From contig CBDCXR010000004.1 of NCBI GenBank assembly GCA_965223845.1, forward strand, positions 6,944,001-7,008,000: DNA of 64,000 nucleotides, given 5' to 3'. Within the stretch, counting starts at the first letter, position 1. Each line of letters begins with the position of its first letter. The notes under the pieces are model-generated. The model was not told where the DNA came from and searched no databases. It saw nothing but the letters and a program-made list of their open reading frames with translations. The stretch comes from Planctomycetota bacterium. Lineage in GTDB: Bacteria > Planctomycetota > UBA8108 > SXIK01. The position numbers and the translations under genes are program-made. Positions 9,585 to 18,274 of the stretch are shown piece by piece.

Positions 9585-10880
9585 TCAGAATCGCAGACCG
9601 GTGTCGTCCGGTACGGCCACGGCTTCGACGGTGATCGACCGTCGCCCGAGTTGCCCCTCGCCGTAGGCGGCCACGGCGAACGAGTACTTCCGTCCCGGCA
9701 CCAGGTTCCCGACGGTGTAGGTGAGCGCAGCGCCGGCGTCCGTGTCGATCGTGTGCTCGCCGTCGTCGTCTGCCCCGAAGATGCGGTAGCCGTCGACGAC
9801 CATCGGCCGACCGTCGCCGTCGGCGATGACCGGATCCCAACGGAGGATCACGATGCCGGTGGTTCGGGGAGCGGTTCGCGGCGCGACGAGAGTCAGCTTC
9901 TCGTCGCTCCCCTGCGGGCTCGGCTCCGTGCCGCCTCGCTTGTCGTCGCCTGCACCGAGCGGAGCGGTCTCCGTGGGTACGGTGTCGACCGAGATCGTGT
10001 GCGCCGTTGAAGCGGCGCCCCCGTCCCGCGACGGCGTTCCGTCGAGAGTTGGACTCGCCGCGCTGTCGGTGTCGTCGGGCGCTGCATCGTGATCCGCAAA
10101 GAGTGGACTCGCCGAGCGAGCGGTGAGCCCACTGCCGTCCGGTTGTGAACCGTTTCCCGGCGAAGCGGGGATCGTCGGCGGCGAATCGAGCTCGAGGACG
10201 GTCGGGCGACGCGGTTCATCTTCGCTCCTCGAGCCGATCGGCGCGGCGTCGATCGCCGGAGCCGAGGTCGGCCAGAGATCGGCGACGACACCGCGGGCGG
10301 CGTTTCGCACGAGCTTGTTCCGAACTTGGGCGAGCGATTCGACCGTTCGTCGCACGCCTTTCGCCGAGCTCGCGCGCTCTCCCGACGCCCCGATGAGGCG
10401 GAGCGCTTGGAGCACCTGGTCGGTGCGCTTGCTCTCGAGGCGTGCCGCGAGAGACGGCGGAACGGAGTCCGCGCAAGCGACGAAGGCGCGCTCGACGGAT
10501 CGTCTCGCTTCGCGATCGGGATCGTCGAGTCGTGCGACGATCGCCTCGCTCGCTCGTGCCGCCCGCGGGCCGAGGGTCTCGAGATTCCGCGCACTCATAC
10601 GACGGACGTACGGATTGCGGTCGTGGAGACAATCGACGAGGAGCTCGACCACACGATCGATCGTCGCCGCGTCCACTTTGTCTTCGCCTTCGAGAACGGC
10701 GAGTCGCTGGATTCCGGTGAGCGCGCGCCACCGTTCCTGCGATGTTCCGTTGGAAATCTGGTGGAGGTAATGGGCGAACCACTCCTGGTCCGTCCTCGGT
10801 TCGGGCTGCTGGACGCAACCGACGAAGATCGCCGCGGAAACGATCGCCGCAGCCGTGCGGAAGATCGAGAGATGAGCCAT
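9585..10880 (-). CDS. Lipoprotein with HEAT repeats, low-complexity linker and C-terminal fibronectin type III domain
   Basis: Lipobox-like IFVGC; HEAT-like LHDRNPYVRRMSARNL and LDDPDREARR; FN3-like LRWDP..GYRI..YTVGNLVPGRKYSFAVAAY; start moved to ATG 10880. Confidence 0.75.
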   Translation of the reverse strand: MAHLSIFRTAAAIVSAAIFVGCVQQPEPRTDQEWFAHYLHQISNGTSQERWRALTGIQRLAVLEGEDKVDAATIDRVVELLVDCLHDRNPYVRRMSARNLETLGPRAARASEAIVARLDDPDREARRSVERAFVACADSVPPSLAARLESKRTDQVLQALRLIGASGERASSAKGVRRTVESLAQVRNKLVRNAARGVVADLWPTSAPAIDAAPIGSRSEDEPRRPTVLELDSPPTIPASPGNGSQPDGSGLTARSASPLFADHDAAPDDTDSAASPTLDGTPSRDGGAASTAHTISVDTVPTETAPLGAGDDKRGGTEPSPQGSDEKLTLVAPRTAPRTTGIVILRWDPVIADGDGRPMVVDGYRIFGADDDGEHTIDTDAGAALTYTVGNLVPGRKYSFAVAAYGEGQLGRRSITVEAVAVPDDTGLRF

Positions 10881-11275
10881 TCGGTGCGCTCCTGGTGTCG
10901 TAGCGAATGAGGGGGGCGGGCGCTGCGAGCGCGAACCTTCGACGAGACGAAACGCCAGCCCGGCGCGAATCCCGACCCGACCGTCGCCTCGGTCGAACCC
11001 GATTCGATCGACGATCGGTGCCCCTCCGAGTGCGTGCAACTCGCGTGCTCAAACGGCGGAGAACGGCTCCCGCCGGGCGATCTCTTTCCCCTCGATCGCG
11101 GACCGATCAGTATACCACCGCTTTCGCGTCCTCCATGGGGGTCGTCACGCCCGGCGCGGTGGGGCTCGGAAGTCCAAGCGTTGGATTCTCGGGCGCGATT
11201 TGGTACTCGGGAGGGGCCGCCCGCGATTTCGGCGGACCGGCCGTGCGCGATTCCTTTGGTAGAGAGGAGAACGGT

Positions 11276-11788
11276 GTGTCGAGGCGAACCCTGTTCGAAG
11301 GCCGATACCTTCGCTTCGTCGACTCGGATACTTGGGAGTATGTCGAGCGACTCGGATCGAGCGGAATCGTGCTCATCCTCGCCGTGACCGACGACGGGCG
11401 GATCCTTCTCGTCGAGCAGATGCGTCCGGCGGTCGGGACGTCCGTGATCGAGCTGCCGGCGGGCCTCGCGGGTGATCTCGTCGGGCGGGAGGACGAGGAG
11501 TTCGAAACCGCCGCGCGTCGCGAGCTCCTCGAGGAGACCGGATATGCGGCGCGAGAGTTCGAGTTGCTCGCGAGCGGAGTGCCGTCGGCCGGAGCCACTT
11601 CCGAGCGCGTGCACCTCTATCGCGCGTCGGGGCTCACCCGCGAGGGGCCGGGCGGCGGTGACCGCACGGAAGAGATCGCGGTGCACGAGGTGCCCGTCGA
11701 TGGACTCCTCGAGTGGCTCGAGGAACAGCGCCGGAGCGGGAAGGAAATCGACTTCAAGATCTATTGCGGGCTCTACTTCATCCGTTGA
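11276..11788 (+). CDS. NUDIX hydrolase (ADP-ribose pyrophosphatase-like)
   Basis: ELPAGLAGD...AARRELLEETGY Nudix box; GTG start after GAGGAG. Confidence 0.9.
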   Translation: MSRRTLFEGRYLRFVDSDTWEYVERLGSSGIVLILAVTDDGRILLVEQMRPAVGTSVIELPAGLAGDLVGREDEEFETAARRELLEETGYAAREFELLASGVPSAGATSERVHLYRASGLTREGPGGGDRTEEIAVHEVPVDGLLEWLEEQRRSGKEIDFKIYCGLYFIR

Positions 11789-11842
11789 GGCTTCGCCGGC
11801 GCACGGCGATCGAGTGCGAGCACACGCACGAAAGGAGCGGGA

Positions 11843-12286
11843 ATGACCGATGCGGAACGACTCGAGCATGTCCGCGCGCAGCTTCGGCAAGACGTGAGCC
11901 CGGAGCTCTACCGCGAGATCCTCGCCTTGTGGAAGGCGCATTCGATCGCCGAGGATGCGCGCGACATCCCCGGACTCATCGCGACGCTGACGCCGGACTG
12001 CGTGTACGAGCTCGCGACGACGGGCGATACGTGGCGCGGTCACGAGGGCGCGGAAGCGTTCTACCGCGGATTCTTGGGGGCGTTTCCCGACGTGAAGTTT
12101 CACCTGACCGACATCGTTATCGGCCCGCAGGGGGTCTTCGAGGAGGCGATCGCCCGCGGCACGCACGAAGGCGAGTGGGCGGGCCGGGCACCGAGCGGGA
12201 AGCTCGAGGAGTTCCGCGTCCTCATCCTCTTTCCGTGGGATGCGGACGCGCGGCTCTTTCGGGGAGAGCGCATCTATACCTTCTAG
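11843..12286 (+). CDS. SnoaL-like ester cyclase / NTF2-fold protein
   Basis: HSIAEDARD, FLGAFPD, GTHEGEWAGRAPSG, GERIY; AAGGAG RBS. Confidence 0.85.
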   Translation: MTDAERLEHVRAQLRQDVSPELYREILALWKAHSIAEDARDIPGLIATLTPDCVYELATTGDTWRGHEGAEAFYRGFLGAFPDVKFHLTDIVIGPQGVFEEAIARGTHEGEWAGRAPSGKLEEFRVLILFPWDADARLFRGERIYTF

Positions 12287-12324
12287 GCTCGAGTTCCGTT
12301 CGGACGGTTCGAGAACGCGTTTCG

Positions 12325-14733
12325 CTAGAAGCTCACCCCGAGAGTGATGCCGAACAGACGATCGCGGTCGCCTCGCTCACGAGCGAGCGCTTCGACGAAG
12401 AAGATGTCTGCCGTACCGAAGCCCGGCAGGCGGACTTCGATGCCGCCGCCCGCCGCCGTCCGGAACCGATTCGGTGAGAGGCGTGAGATTCGGGGTTCGA
12501 GTGTCCCCCAGTCGAAGAGCGCCATGCCCCGCACTTCGCGCCAAACGAGCGGAAACGAATAGCGCACCGTGCCGTGGAGCGCGGCTTCTCCGCCGATTGG
12601 CGTCACGCCGCCGTGCGGACCGAGGCGACGATAGGCGAAACCGCGAAAGTCGCGCGGACCGCCGAGAAAGAACCGTTCCGCGATATGCGTCCCGTCGCCG
12701 AGGCCGTCCGTGAGCGACAGCCGCGCTCCGAAGTGAAGGCGATGCGCGAGATCGATCCGCCGATCGAAGAGGTGGACTGAGTACTCGGCGCTCGCCTCGG
12801 CACGCCAGAACTCCCACTCGGAACCCGTCGCGTCGCCGGCGACGGCTCCGCGCAGCTCGGCGGCGAGGCCGCGACGACCCGAGAAGAAATTGAACTTCGT
12901 GTCGTCCCAGCGGAGCGAGAGCTCGGGATACGCGAACCAAGTCGTTCCGCGATCGCGTCGAACGGCGAGGGGCGCGTCGTCCTCGAGATCTTCGATCCGC
13001 ACGCGATCGACCACGAAGGCGAGCGCACTCGAGAGACGATGGTCCTCGAGCAAGAATCGGCGCAGTTCGACGTCCGCGCGAACATGAGTCTCGTCGTAGC
13101 TTCGCCGCGAAAAGACGTCGCCACCGAAGCGCAGGCGAAGGGCGAGATCGCGGCTGCCGAGGTACGGCTCCGAAAAGAGAAGCTGGTAGCTCGATTCGCG
13201 GTTTCCGGGGAGCGCCGTGAGTTCGATGCTCTGACCGCCGCCGACGAACGCGCCGCGCCAGTCGCGCCATCCCGCGGGGAGGCGAAAGAGGTCGAAGTTC
13301 TCGTGCGCGAGGCGGAAGAAGCCCACCTCGCCCGCTCCCGTCGTCGCGCCGCCGCCCGCTTCGATGATGCCGGGACGATCCTTCTCCGTCACGACGACGT
13401 CGACGATCTTGCGTCCGGGCTCCGAACCGTCGAGGACTTCGACCGCGGCGTCGGCGAAGATCCCGCGCTCGGCGATTCGCTCGAGTGTCAGCTTCAGTCG
13501 TTCCGCCGTGAAGGGCTCTCCGGGACGGAGGGCGACGTCCTGGCGAACGACACGGTCGCGAGTGAGGCGGTTTCCCGTCACACGGAGTTCCTCGACGACG
13601 ATCGGTGCGCGCTCGGCTACGTCGAGGACGAGGACGAGCTCCGCCGTCTCGGGAAAGAGTACGGGTCGAGGCTCGATCTGAGGAATTCGCTGCGAGACCG
13701 TCTGATAGAACCGTGAGAGCCGTTCCCGCGCCTCCTCGGCTTCTTCGGCGTCGTAGAAACCGCCGCTCTCGAAGCCGGCCGCTCGCTCGAGCACCGCGGT
13801 CGGAAACAATCGGTGTCCCTCGATGCGAAGGCCGCGGACCTTCCAGCGTCGACCTTCATCGACGCGAAATGCGAGACGGACTCCAGTCCGCGCGCGATTG
13901 AACTCGATCCCCTCGTACGCCGCGCGCGCGGTGACCCAGCCGTGGCGCCGGTAGTATCGCTCGAGCCGGGCGACGTCGGCGGCGACTTCGCGCGGGACGT
14001 AGTACCCCTTAGCCGCGAGCCCGAAGAGACGACGGGGCTGATTGACGAGAATGGTGTGCAGCTCGCGCGCGGGGATCGACCGGGCCCCGCGGATCTCGAC
14101 ATCGATCAGATGCACGCGGTGCCCTTCGCGTATCGAGAACGTAAGCACGTGATGTCCCGGCGCGGGCTCGGAGAGGTCGGGATGGATCGTCGCGAGGAGA
14201 AAACCGTCTCGCGCGTACGCGTCTTCGAGGTTCGCGCGCGCCAGCGAGACCATGTCCGAAACGATCGGATCGCCGACGCGAACGAGCGAGTGGATCGCTC
14301 CGGCGACGATCGGGTCGCTGAGCGCGTCGTTCCCGCTCCACTCGATCGCGCGAAGGATCGGAGCCTCGACGAGCTCGAACGTCACGCGCACGCCGGAGCG
14401 GTCGGCGAACTCCGGATCGTCGACCGGTTCGACCTGTGGGGCGCCCACCGCGCTCAACGCCGGCCAGTTCCGCAGCCGCTCGTGGGCGCGTCGGCCCACG
14501 TCGTCGCTCCACGGAGACCCGAGGCTCAGTCCCGCGACGCTCGCGAGAGCCTCCGGAGCGATCGTTCGATTGCCGCGAAACTCGAGCTCGACGAGCACTC
14601 GATCGAGAACCGTACCGGCCGGGTCGGACGTCGCGTCGGGCTGCGCTAAGATCGTCGGTGCCGCAGCGATCGCCGCCACGAGCGTGAGCGTCCGGCGAAT
14701 GACGTCGCGTTCGGCGGCGAGAAACGAGTTCAA
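12325..14733 (-). CDS. BamA/Omp85-family outer membrane protein with POTRA domains
   Basis: Repeated POTRA-like F.GN segments, Y..GF, GNRLTRDRVVR; barrel ERFFLGGPRDFRGF; terminal Phe. Confidence 0.88.
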   Translation of the reverse strand: MNSFLAAERDVIRRTLTLVAAIAAAPTILAQPDATSDPAGTVLDRVLVELEFRGNRTIAPEALASVAGLSLGSPWSDDVGRRAHERLRNWPALSAVGAPQVEPVDDPEFADRSGVRVTFELVEAPILRAIEWSGNDALSDPIVAGAIHSLVRVGDPIVSDMVSLARANLEDAYARDGFLLATIHPDLSEPAPGHHVLTFSIREGHRVHLIDVEIRGARSIPARELHTILVNQPRRLFGLAAKGYYVPREVAADVARLERYYRRHGWVTARAAYEGIEFNRARTGVRLAFRVDEGRRWKVRGLRIEGHRLFPTAVLERAAGFESGGFYDAEEAEEARERLSRFYQTVSQRIPQIEPRPVLFPETAELVLVLDVAERAPIVVEELRVTGNRLTRDRVVRQDVALRPGEPFTAERLKLTLERIAERGIFADAAVEVLDGSEPGRKIVDVVVTEKDRPGIIEAGGGATTGAGEVGFFRLAHENFDLFRLPAGWRDWRGAFVGGGQSIELTALPGNRESSYQLLFSEPYLGSRDLALRLRFGGDVFSRRSYDETHVRADVELRRFLLEDHRLSSALAFVVDRVRIEDLEDDAPLAVRRDRGTTWFAYPELSLRWDDTKFNFFSGRRGLAAELRGAVAGDATGSEWEFWRAEASAEYSVHLFDRRIDLAHRLHFGARLSLTDGLGDGTHIAERFFLGGPRDFRGFAYRRLGPHGGVTPIGGEAALHGTVRYSFPLVWREVRGMALFDWGTLEPRISRLSPNRFRTAAGGGIEVRLPGFGTADIFFVEALARERGDRDRLFGITLGVSF

Positions 14734-14789
14734 ATCGGCTTCCTGACTGCGACCATCGTTCGGGCGCGCGGCCGTCGCTCGCGGGCGGC

Positions 14790-14818
14790 TTGAAGCGCGT
14801 CCGAGCCTGTCTTACAAT
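14790..14818 (+). promoter_or_regulatory. Sigma70-type promoter for the Tsr3-like gene
   Basis: TTGAAG-N17-TACAAT, 75 bp upstream of ATG 14894. Confidence 0.55.
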
Positions 14819-14893
14819 CCCCGCCCCTCGCCGTCGATAGCGCGGTTTCGAATTCGTTCGAGGAGTCTCCGACCAACGCAGCGCTCGATCCCG

Positions 14894-15436
14894 ATGTCCC
14901 CGCGCTTTCTCATCGTTCGCGATCACAAAGAAAACAAGCGAAAGTGCACGCTCTCGGCTCTCGTTGATCATCCGAGGTTCGAGTTCGTCGACTTGCCGCA
15001 TCCAGATCGTGGCCCGTCGGTGGTCGAGATCGAAGGCGGTATTCTTCTCTCGCCCGATGGTCCCGAGCTCACGCCGCACGATCGCGCGGTGACGGCGACT
15101 CAGCGCATCGTCGTGATCGATTCGACTTGGGCGCGAGTCCCGCGCGTTGTCGAACGTTTACGGCTCGCCGAGGGAAGCTCGCTCGAGCCGCGCTCGCTTC
15201 CCCGGTCTCTCGTCACCGCGTATCCGCGAACGTCGAAACTCTACGACGATCCGAAGCGCGGGCTCGCTAGTGTCGAAGCCGTATTCGCGGCGACGGTTCT
15301 TCTCGGTGAGCCCGATCCATCCATTCTCACCGAGTATCGGTGGGCGCGAGCGTTTCTCGATCTCAACGTCTTGACATGGACGAGCTCCGGATGGGATCCT
15401 CGACGCCCTCGCGGTGCGTCCTCTTCCATCTCTTGA
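14894..15436 (+). CDS. Tsr3/DTW (TDD superfamily, DUF367-like) putative aminocarboxypropyltransferase
   Basis: HKENKRKCT, LSPDGPELT..D, IDSTW, RSLP, TAYPR, LASVEA, YRWARAFLDLN. Confidence 0.8.
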   Translation: MSPRFLIVRDHKENKRKCTLSALVDHPRFEFVDLPHPDRGPSVVEIEGGILLSPDGPELTPHDRAVTATQRIVVIDSTWARVPRVVERLRLAEGSSLEPRSLPRSLVTAYPRTSKLYDDPKRGLASVEAVFAATVLLGEPDPSILTEYRWARAFLDLNVLTWTSSGWDPRRPRGASSSIS

Positions 15437-15463
15437 CCGCTCGACGGGCGTGTGCTCTGTCTC

Positions 15464-15685
15464 ATGCACGAAGACGAGATCCTGACGATCGAAGAAGTCG
15501 CCGCGTACTTGAAACTGAAGCCCCAGACGATTTACCGCTGGGCGCACACGGGGAAAATTCCCGGCGCGAAGCTCGGAAAAGAGTGGCGGTTTCGGCGCTC
15601 GTCCATCGAGGCATGGATCGACCAGCGCATCGACGAGCAAGCGCGCGAAGGGTCGAAGTCGCGCGATGGCGTCTCGAGGAACTAA
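15464..15685 (+). CDS. Excisionase-like helix-turn-helix DNA-binding protein (HTH_17)
   Basis: ILTIEEVAAYLKLKPQTIYRWAHTGKIPGAKLGKEWRF. Confidence 0.9.
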   Translation: MHEDEILTIEEVAAYLKLKPQTIYRWAHTGKIPGAKLGKEWRFRRSSIEAWIDQRIDEQAREGSKSRDGVSRN

Positions 15686-15734
15686 GAGTCCATCAAGCGC
15701 GCCGCGCTTGATGGACTCTTAGTTCTTCTTTTTT
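15679..15734 (+). terminator. 47-bp palindrome followed by a T-tract; likely terminator of the HTH gene
   Basis: GAACTAAGAGTCCATCAAGCGCG-C-CGCGCTTGATGGACTCTTAGTTC then TTCTTTTTT; contains the HTH stop codon. Confidence 0.6.
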
Positions 15735-16102
15735 GAGGGGGCTTTCGCGAAGCCCTCTCGCCGCCGCGTCGAAGCCGCGTCGGCTCACCTAAGCGGGCGC
15801 GAGCCGTTCGGCTCGCGTGGGCTGTCCTAGCGCCGCGCTTGATGGACTCTTAGTTCTTCTTTTTTGAGGGGGCTTTCGCGAAGCCCCCTCGCCGCCGCGT
15901 CGAAGCCGCGTCGGCTCACCTAAGCGGGCGCGAGCCGTTCGGCTCGCGTGGGCTGTCCTAGCGCCGCGCTTGATGGACTCTTAGTTCTTCTTTTTTGAGG
16001 GGGCTTTCGCGAAGCCCCCTCGCCGCCGCGTCGAAGCCGCGTCGGCTTCACCTAAGCGAGCGCGAGCCGTTCGGCTCGCGTGGGCTGTCCTGGCGCCGCG
16101 CT
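15699..16102. repeat. Tandem array of three ~131-bp hairpin-containing units (REP/BIME- or MITE-like)
   Basis: Units start at 15699, 15830 and 15961, with a partial fourth start at 16093; copies differ by only a few bases. Confidence 0.95.
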
Positions 16103-16246
16103 CGTCCGGGGATGAGCTCGAGTTTTCTTGCGGGCATTCGCGGGCTTTCTTTCCTGGCGCCGCGCTTGTCTGTGGGGGGGCGCGATTCTGACTCTTCTTC
16201 CTTCGTTCTCTTCGCGAGCTTCTCAACTCCCTCATCTCCGCGCAGC

Positions 16247-18274
16247 TCAACGAATGTACTTTTGCGCGTAGCTCCGCACCGGCTTCCCGTTCAGAACGTG
16301 AAACCGCCGGAGCTTTTCGAGCGTGCTCCCGCTGAACCCCGAGAGCGGGAGGTAAACGAGGCGCCGGCCCACTTTCTCCGCGTACGTCTTCATCCGGCGC
16401 GTGGGCGCGTTCGGCGCGACGTAGGCTACGAATCTCTCGCGCGAATGAAGCAGCGCGGCGAATACGAGTCGCTCGGCGTCGTCTCGGGCCAAATCGAAAG
16501 TGGGATCGCTCCAGACGTCGACGATGAAACGCGGCGGGTAGAGGAAGAGCTGTCCGCCGTAAAGCGCCCGGCCGATCCCCGGTCCGACGATGTCGCGCCG
16601 GTAGTCGGTCGCGTAGAAGCTGAGCGTGCTCTCCCACTCCTGTTCGGAGAACCACGTGAGTCGCCACGGATACTTCTTCGGATCCGGTTTGTCGTAGACG
16701 ACGACCACCGCGCCGACCTGACCGCGAACGGTGGGAACCTCTCGCACGATGATCTTGCCGAGATGCAAGTTGCGGATGGTCTCTCGGAGATGGAGGCCAT
16801 CCTTCATCGAGGTCGAGAATTCCTCGAGCCGCTCCTCCGCGAGACCGCTCTCGGCGAGCGCGCGGTGCCGGACCTGACCGGCGAACGACTCGATGAGCCG
16901 ATCTTCCGGTTCCCAGGAGCACGACTCGAGAGGATTCCACGCGCTCTGCCAGCGCGCCCGCTCCTCGTCCCGCGGCGGCACCGGGAGTCGGATGCGCTTC
17001 CACTCCTTTTGTTCGTCGATGTAGCGCTTGCGCGCCGGCACGACACGGTCGTCGATCTGCATTCGATTTTCGGCAACGTCGATCGGTGCGTAGGGATCGA
17101 GACCGAACGGGCCGAACGTCGACGCGCTGCCCGGTTCCGAATCGCCGAACTCGGGAGCTGAGTCGCTGGATTCCTCGTCTCCATCGGCGGGTGGTCGGTC
17201 GAGAGAAGCGCTATCGTCCTCGCTGGGTTCGGGCGTCATCGGCGGGTAGGTTCGCGCGAGACGAACGACCTCGAGCGCGAAGGCACCTCCCCCGATTCCC
17301 TTTGCCGCGAGCACGATCTCGTAGAGTTGGGGCGTAAGACGCCGCCCGAGCAGCGAGAGGTTCCGAATGAGCTTGAGGAGCTGCTCGAACGCCATCGTCG
17401 AGATTCGTTCAAAGTCCTCGGCCGTTTCGTGATAGCGATCGCGCGCGTCGAGAAGCAACTGAGTGAGCTCGTCGGTGAGCTCGAACTCGTCGAGCGTGAT
17501 CTCCCCACGGCGTTTCTCCCACAGCCAAGTGAGATACGGGATCTCGCCGAGAAGGTGAACGAGCGACGCCGCGGTAGCGGGCCGAACGATCACGTCGTTC
17601 GGCGGAAGCGCTTCGAGGAGCGCTCGGCGTTCGTCGTCCCGGGGCGACGAGTCCACCGCCGAGCCGCTTTCGATCTCTGCGGCGAGCCGCTCGAGCCGCC
17701 GCGTGACTCCGGCGAGATGAGAAAGGCCGAGCACACAGAGGACCCGCGCGTCCGGGCGTTCGCGGCTCACCGCGAACAGACGATCGGCCATCGCCCGTTC
17801 CCGCGCGTCGTCCTGACTGCCGGGGGCGGTCGGCGGAAGCGCCGGCCGGACTGCCCGGTAGTACGACGCGAGCTGGATCACCTGAACCGAGTACGGGTCC
17901 GGGAGAATCACCTCGACGCGTTCGAAGTTTTCGACTTCGGCGTCGATCCACTCGAGCTGGCACGATTCCGCGACCGCGAGTCGAACGGCCTCCACGATCG
18001 AATCGCAGGGGTCGATCGGAAAGTAGCAGCGTGTCCCGTCGGTGTCTTCGTAGGAAACGACGGAGATCCGCGGCAGCTCGAGGACTCCTTCGAGCGTGGC
18101 GTCTCGTAGCGACGGAGGAAGCTCGACCGCGACCGTCGCGAACCGATCGGAAAGAAACAGCCGGCGGGTTTCGCGCGCGAACGCCACTCGGCCGTGGAGC
18201 GACGGAACGAACGCGATGTTCCGCCACCAAAGCGTTCCGTCGCGATCCTCGAGGCCATCGCGCGGGAGTTTCAT
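16247..18274 (-). CDS. Conserved hypothetical protein; TraB/ChaN/EreA-like N-terminal domain; partner of MoxR-like ATPase
   Basis: PSLHG, VAVELP, DARERAMADRL, VLGLSHL pattern; C-terminal SMKDGLHLRETIRN; start overlaps the ATPase stop (ATGA). Confidence 0.75.
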   Translation of the reverse strand: MKLPRDGLEDRDGTLWWRNIAFVPSLHGRVAFARETRRLFLSDRFATVAVELPPSLRDATLEGVLELPRISVVSYEDTDGTRCYFPIDPCDSIVEAVRLAVAESCQLEWIDAEVENFERVEVILPDPYSVQVIQLASYYRAVRPALPPTAPGSQDDARERAMADRLFAVSRERPDARVLCVLGLSHLAGVTRRLERLAAEIESGSAVDSSPRDDERRALLEALPPNDVIVRPATAASLVHLLGEIPYLTWLWEKRRGEITLDEFELTDELTQLLLDARDRYHETAEDFERISTMAFEQLLKLIRNLSLLGRRLTPQLYEIVLAAKGIGGGAFALEVVRLARTYPPMTPEPSEDDSASLDRPPADGDEESSDSAPEFGDSEPGSASTFGPFGLDPYAPIDVAENRMQIDDRVVPARKRYIDEQKEWKRIRLPVPPRDEERARWQSAWNPLESCSWEPEDRLIESFAGQVRHRALAESGLAEERLEEFSTSMKDGLHLRETIRNLHLGKIIVREVPTVRGQVGAVVVVYDKPDPKKYPWRLTWFSEQEWESTLSFYATDYRRDIVGPGIGRALYGGQLFLYPPRFIVDVWSDPTFDLARDDAERLVFAALLHSRERFVAYVAPNAPTRRMKTYAEKVGRRLVYLPLSGFSGSTLEKLRRFHVLNGKPVRSYAQKYIR

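Noticed and set aside
15464-15685. Prophage/ICE marked by an excisionase
   Set aside because: No integrase, tRNA att site, phage genes or visible composition shift
15699-16102. CRISPR array
   Set aside because: Whole 131-bp units repeat with no unique spacers, and no cas genes are present
15981-17161. ORFs running into the repeat array
   Set aside because: They overlap the real 16247..18274 gene in other frames; low-complexity translations
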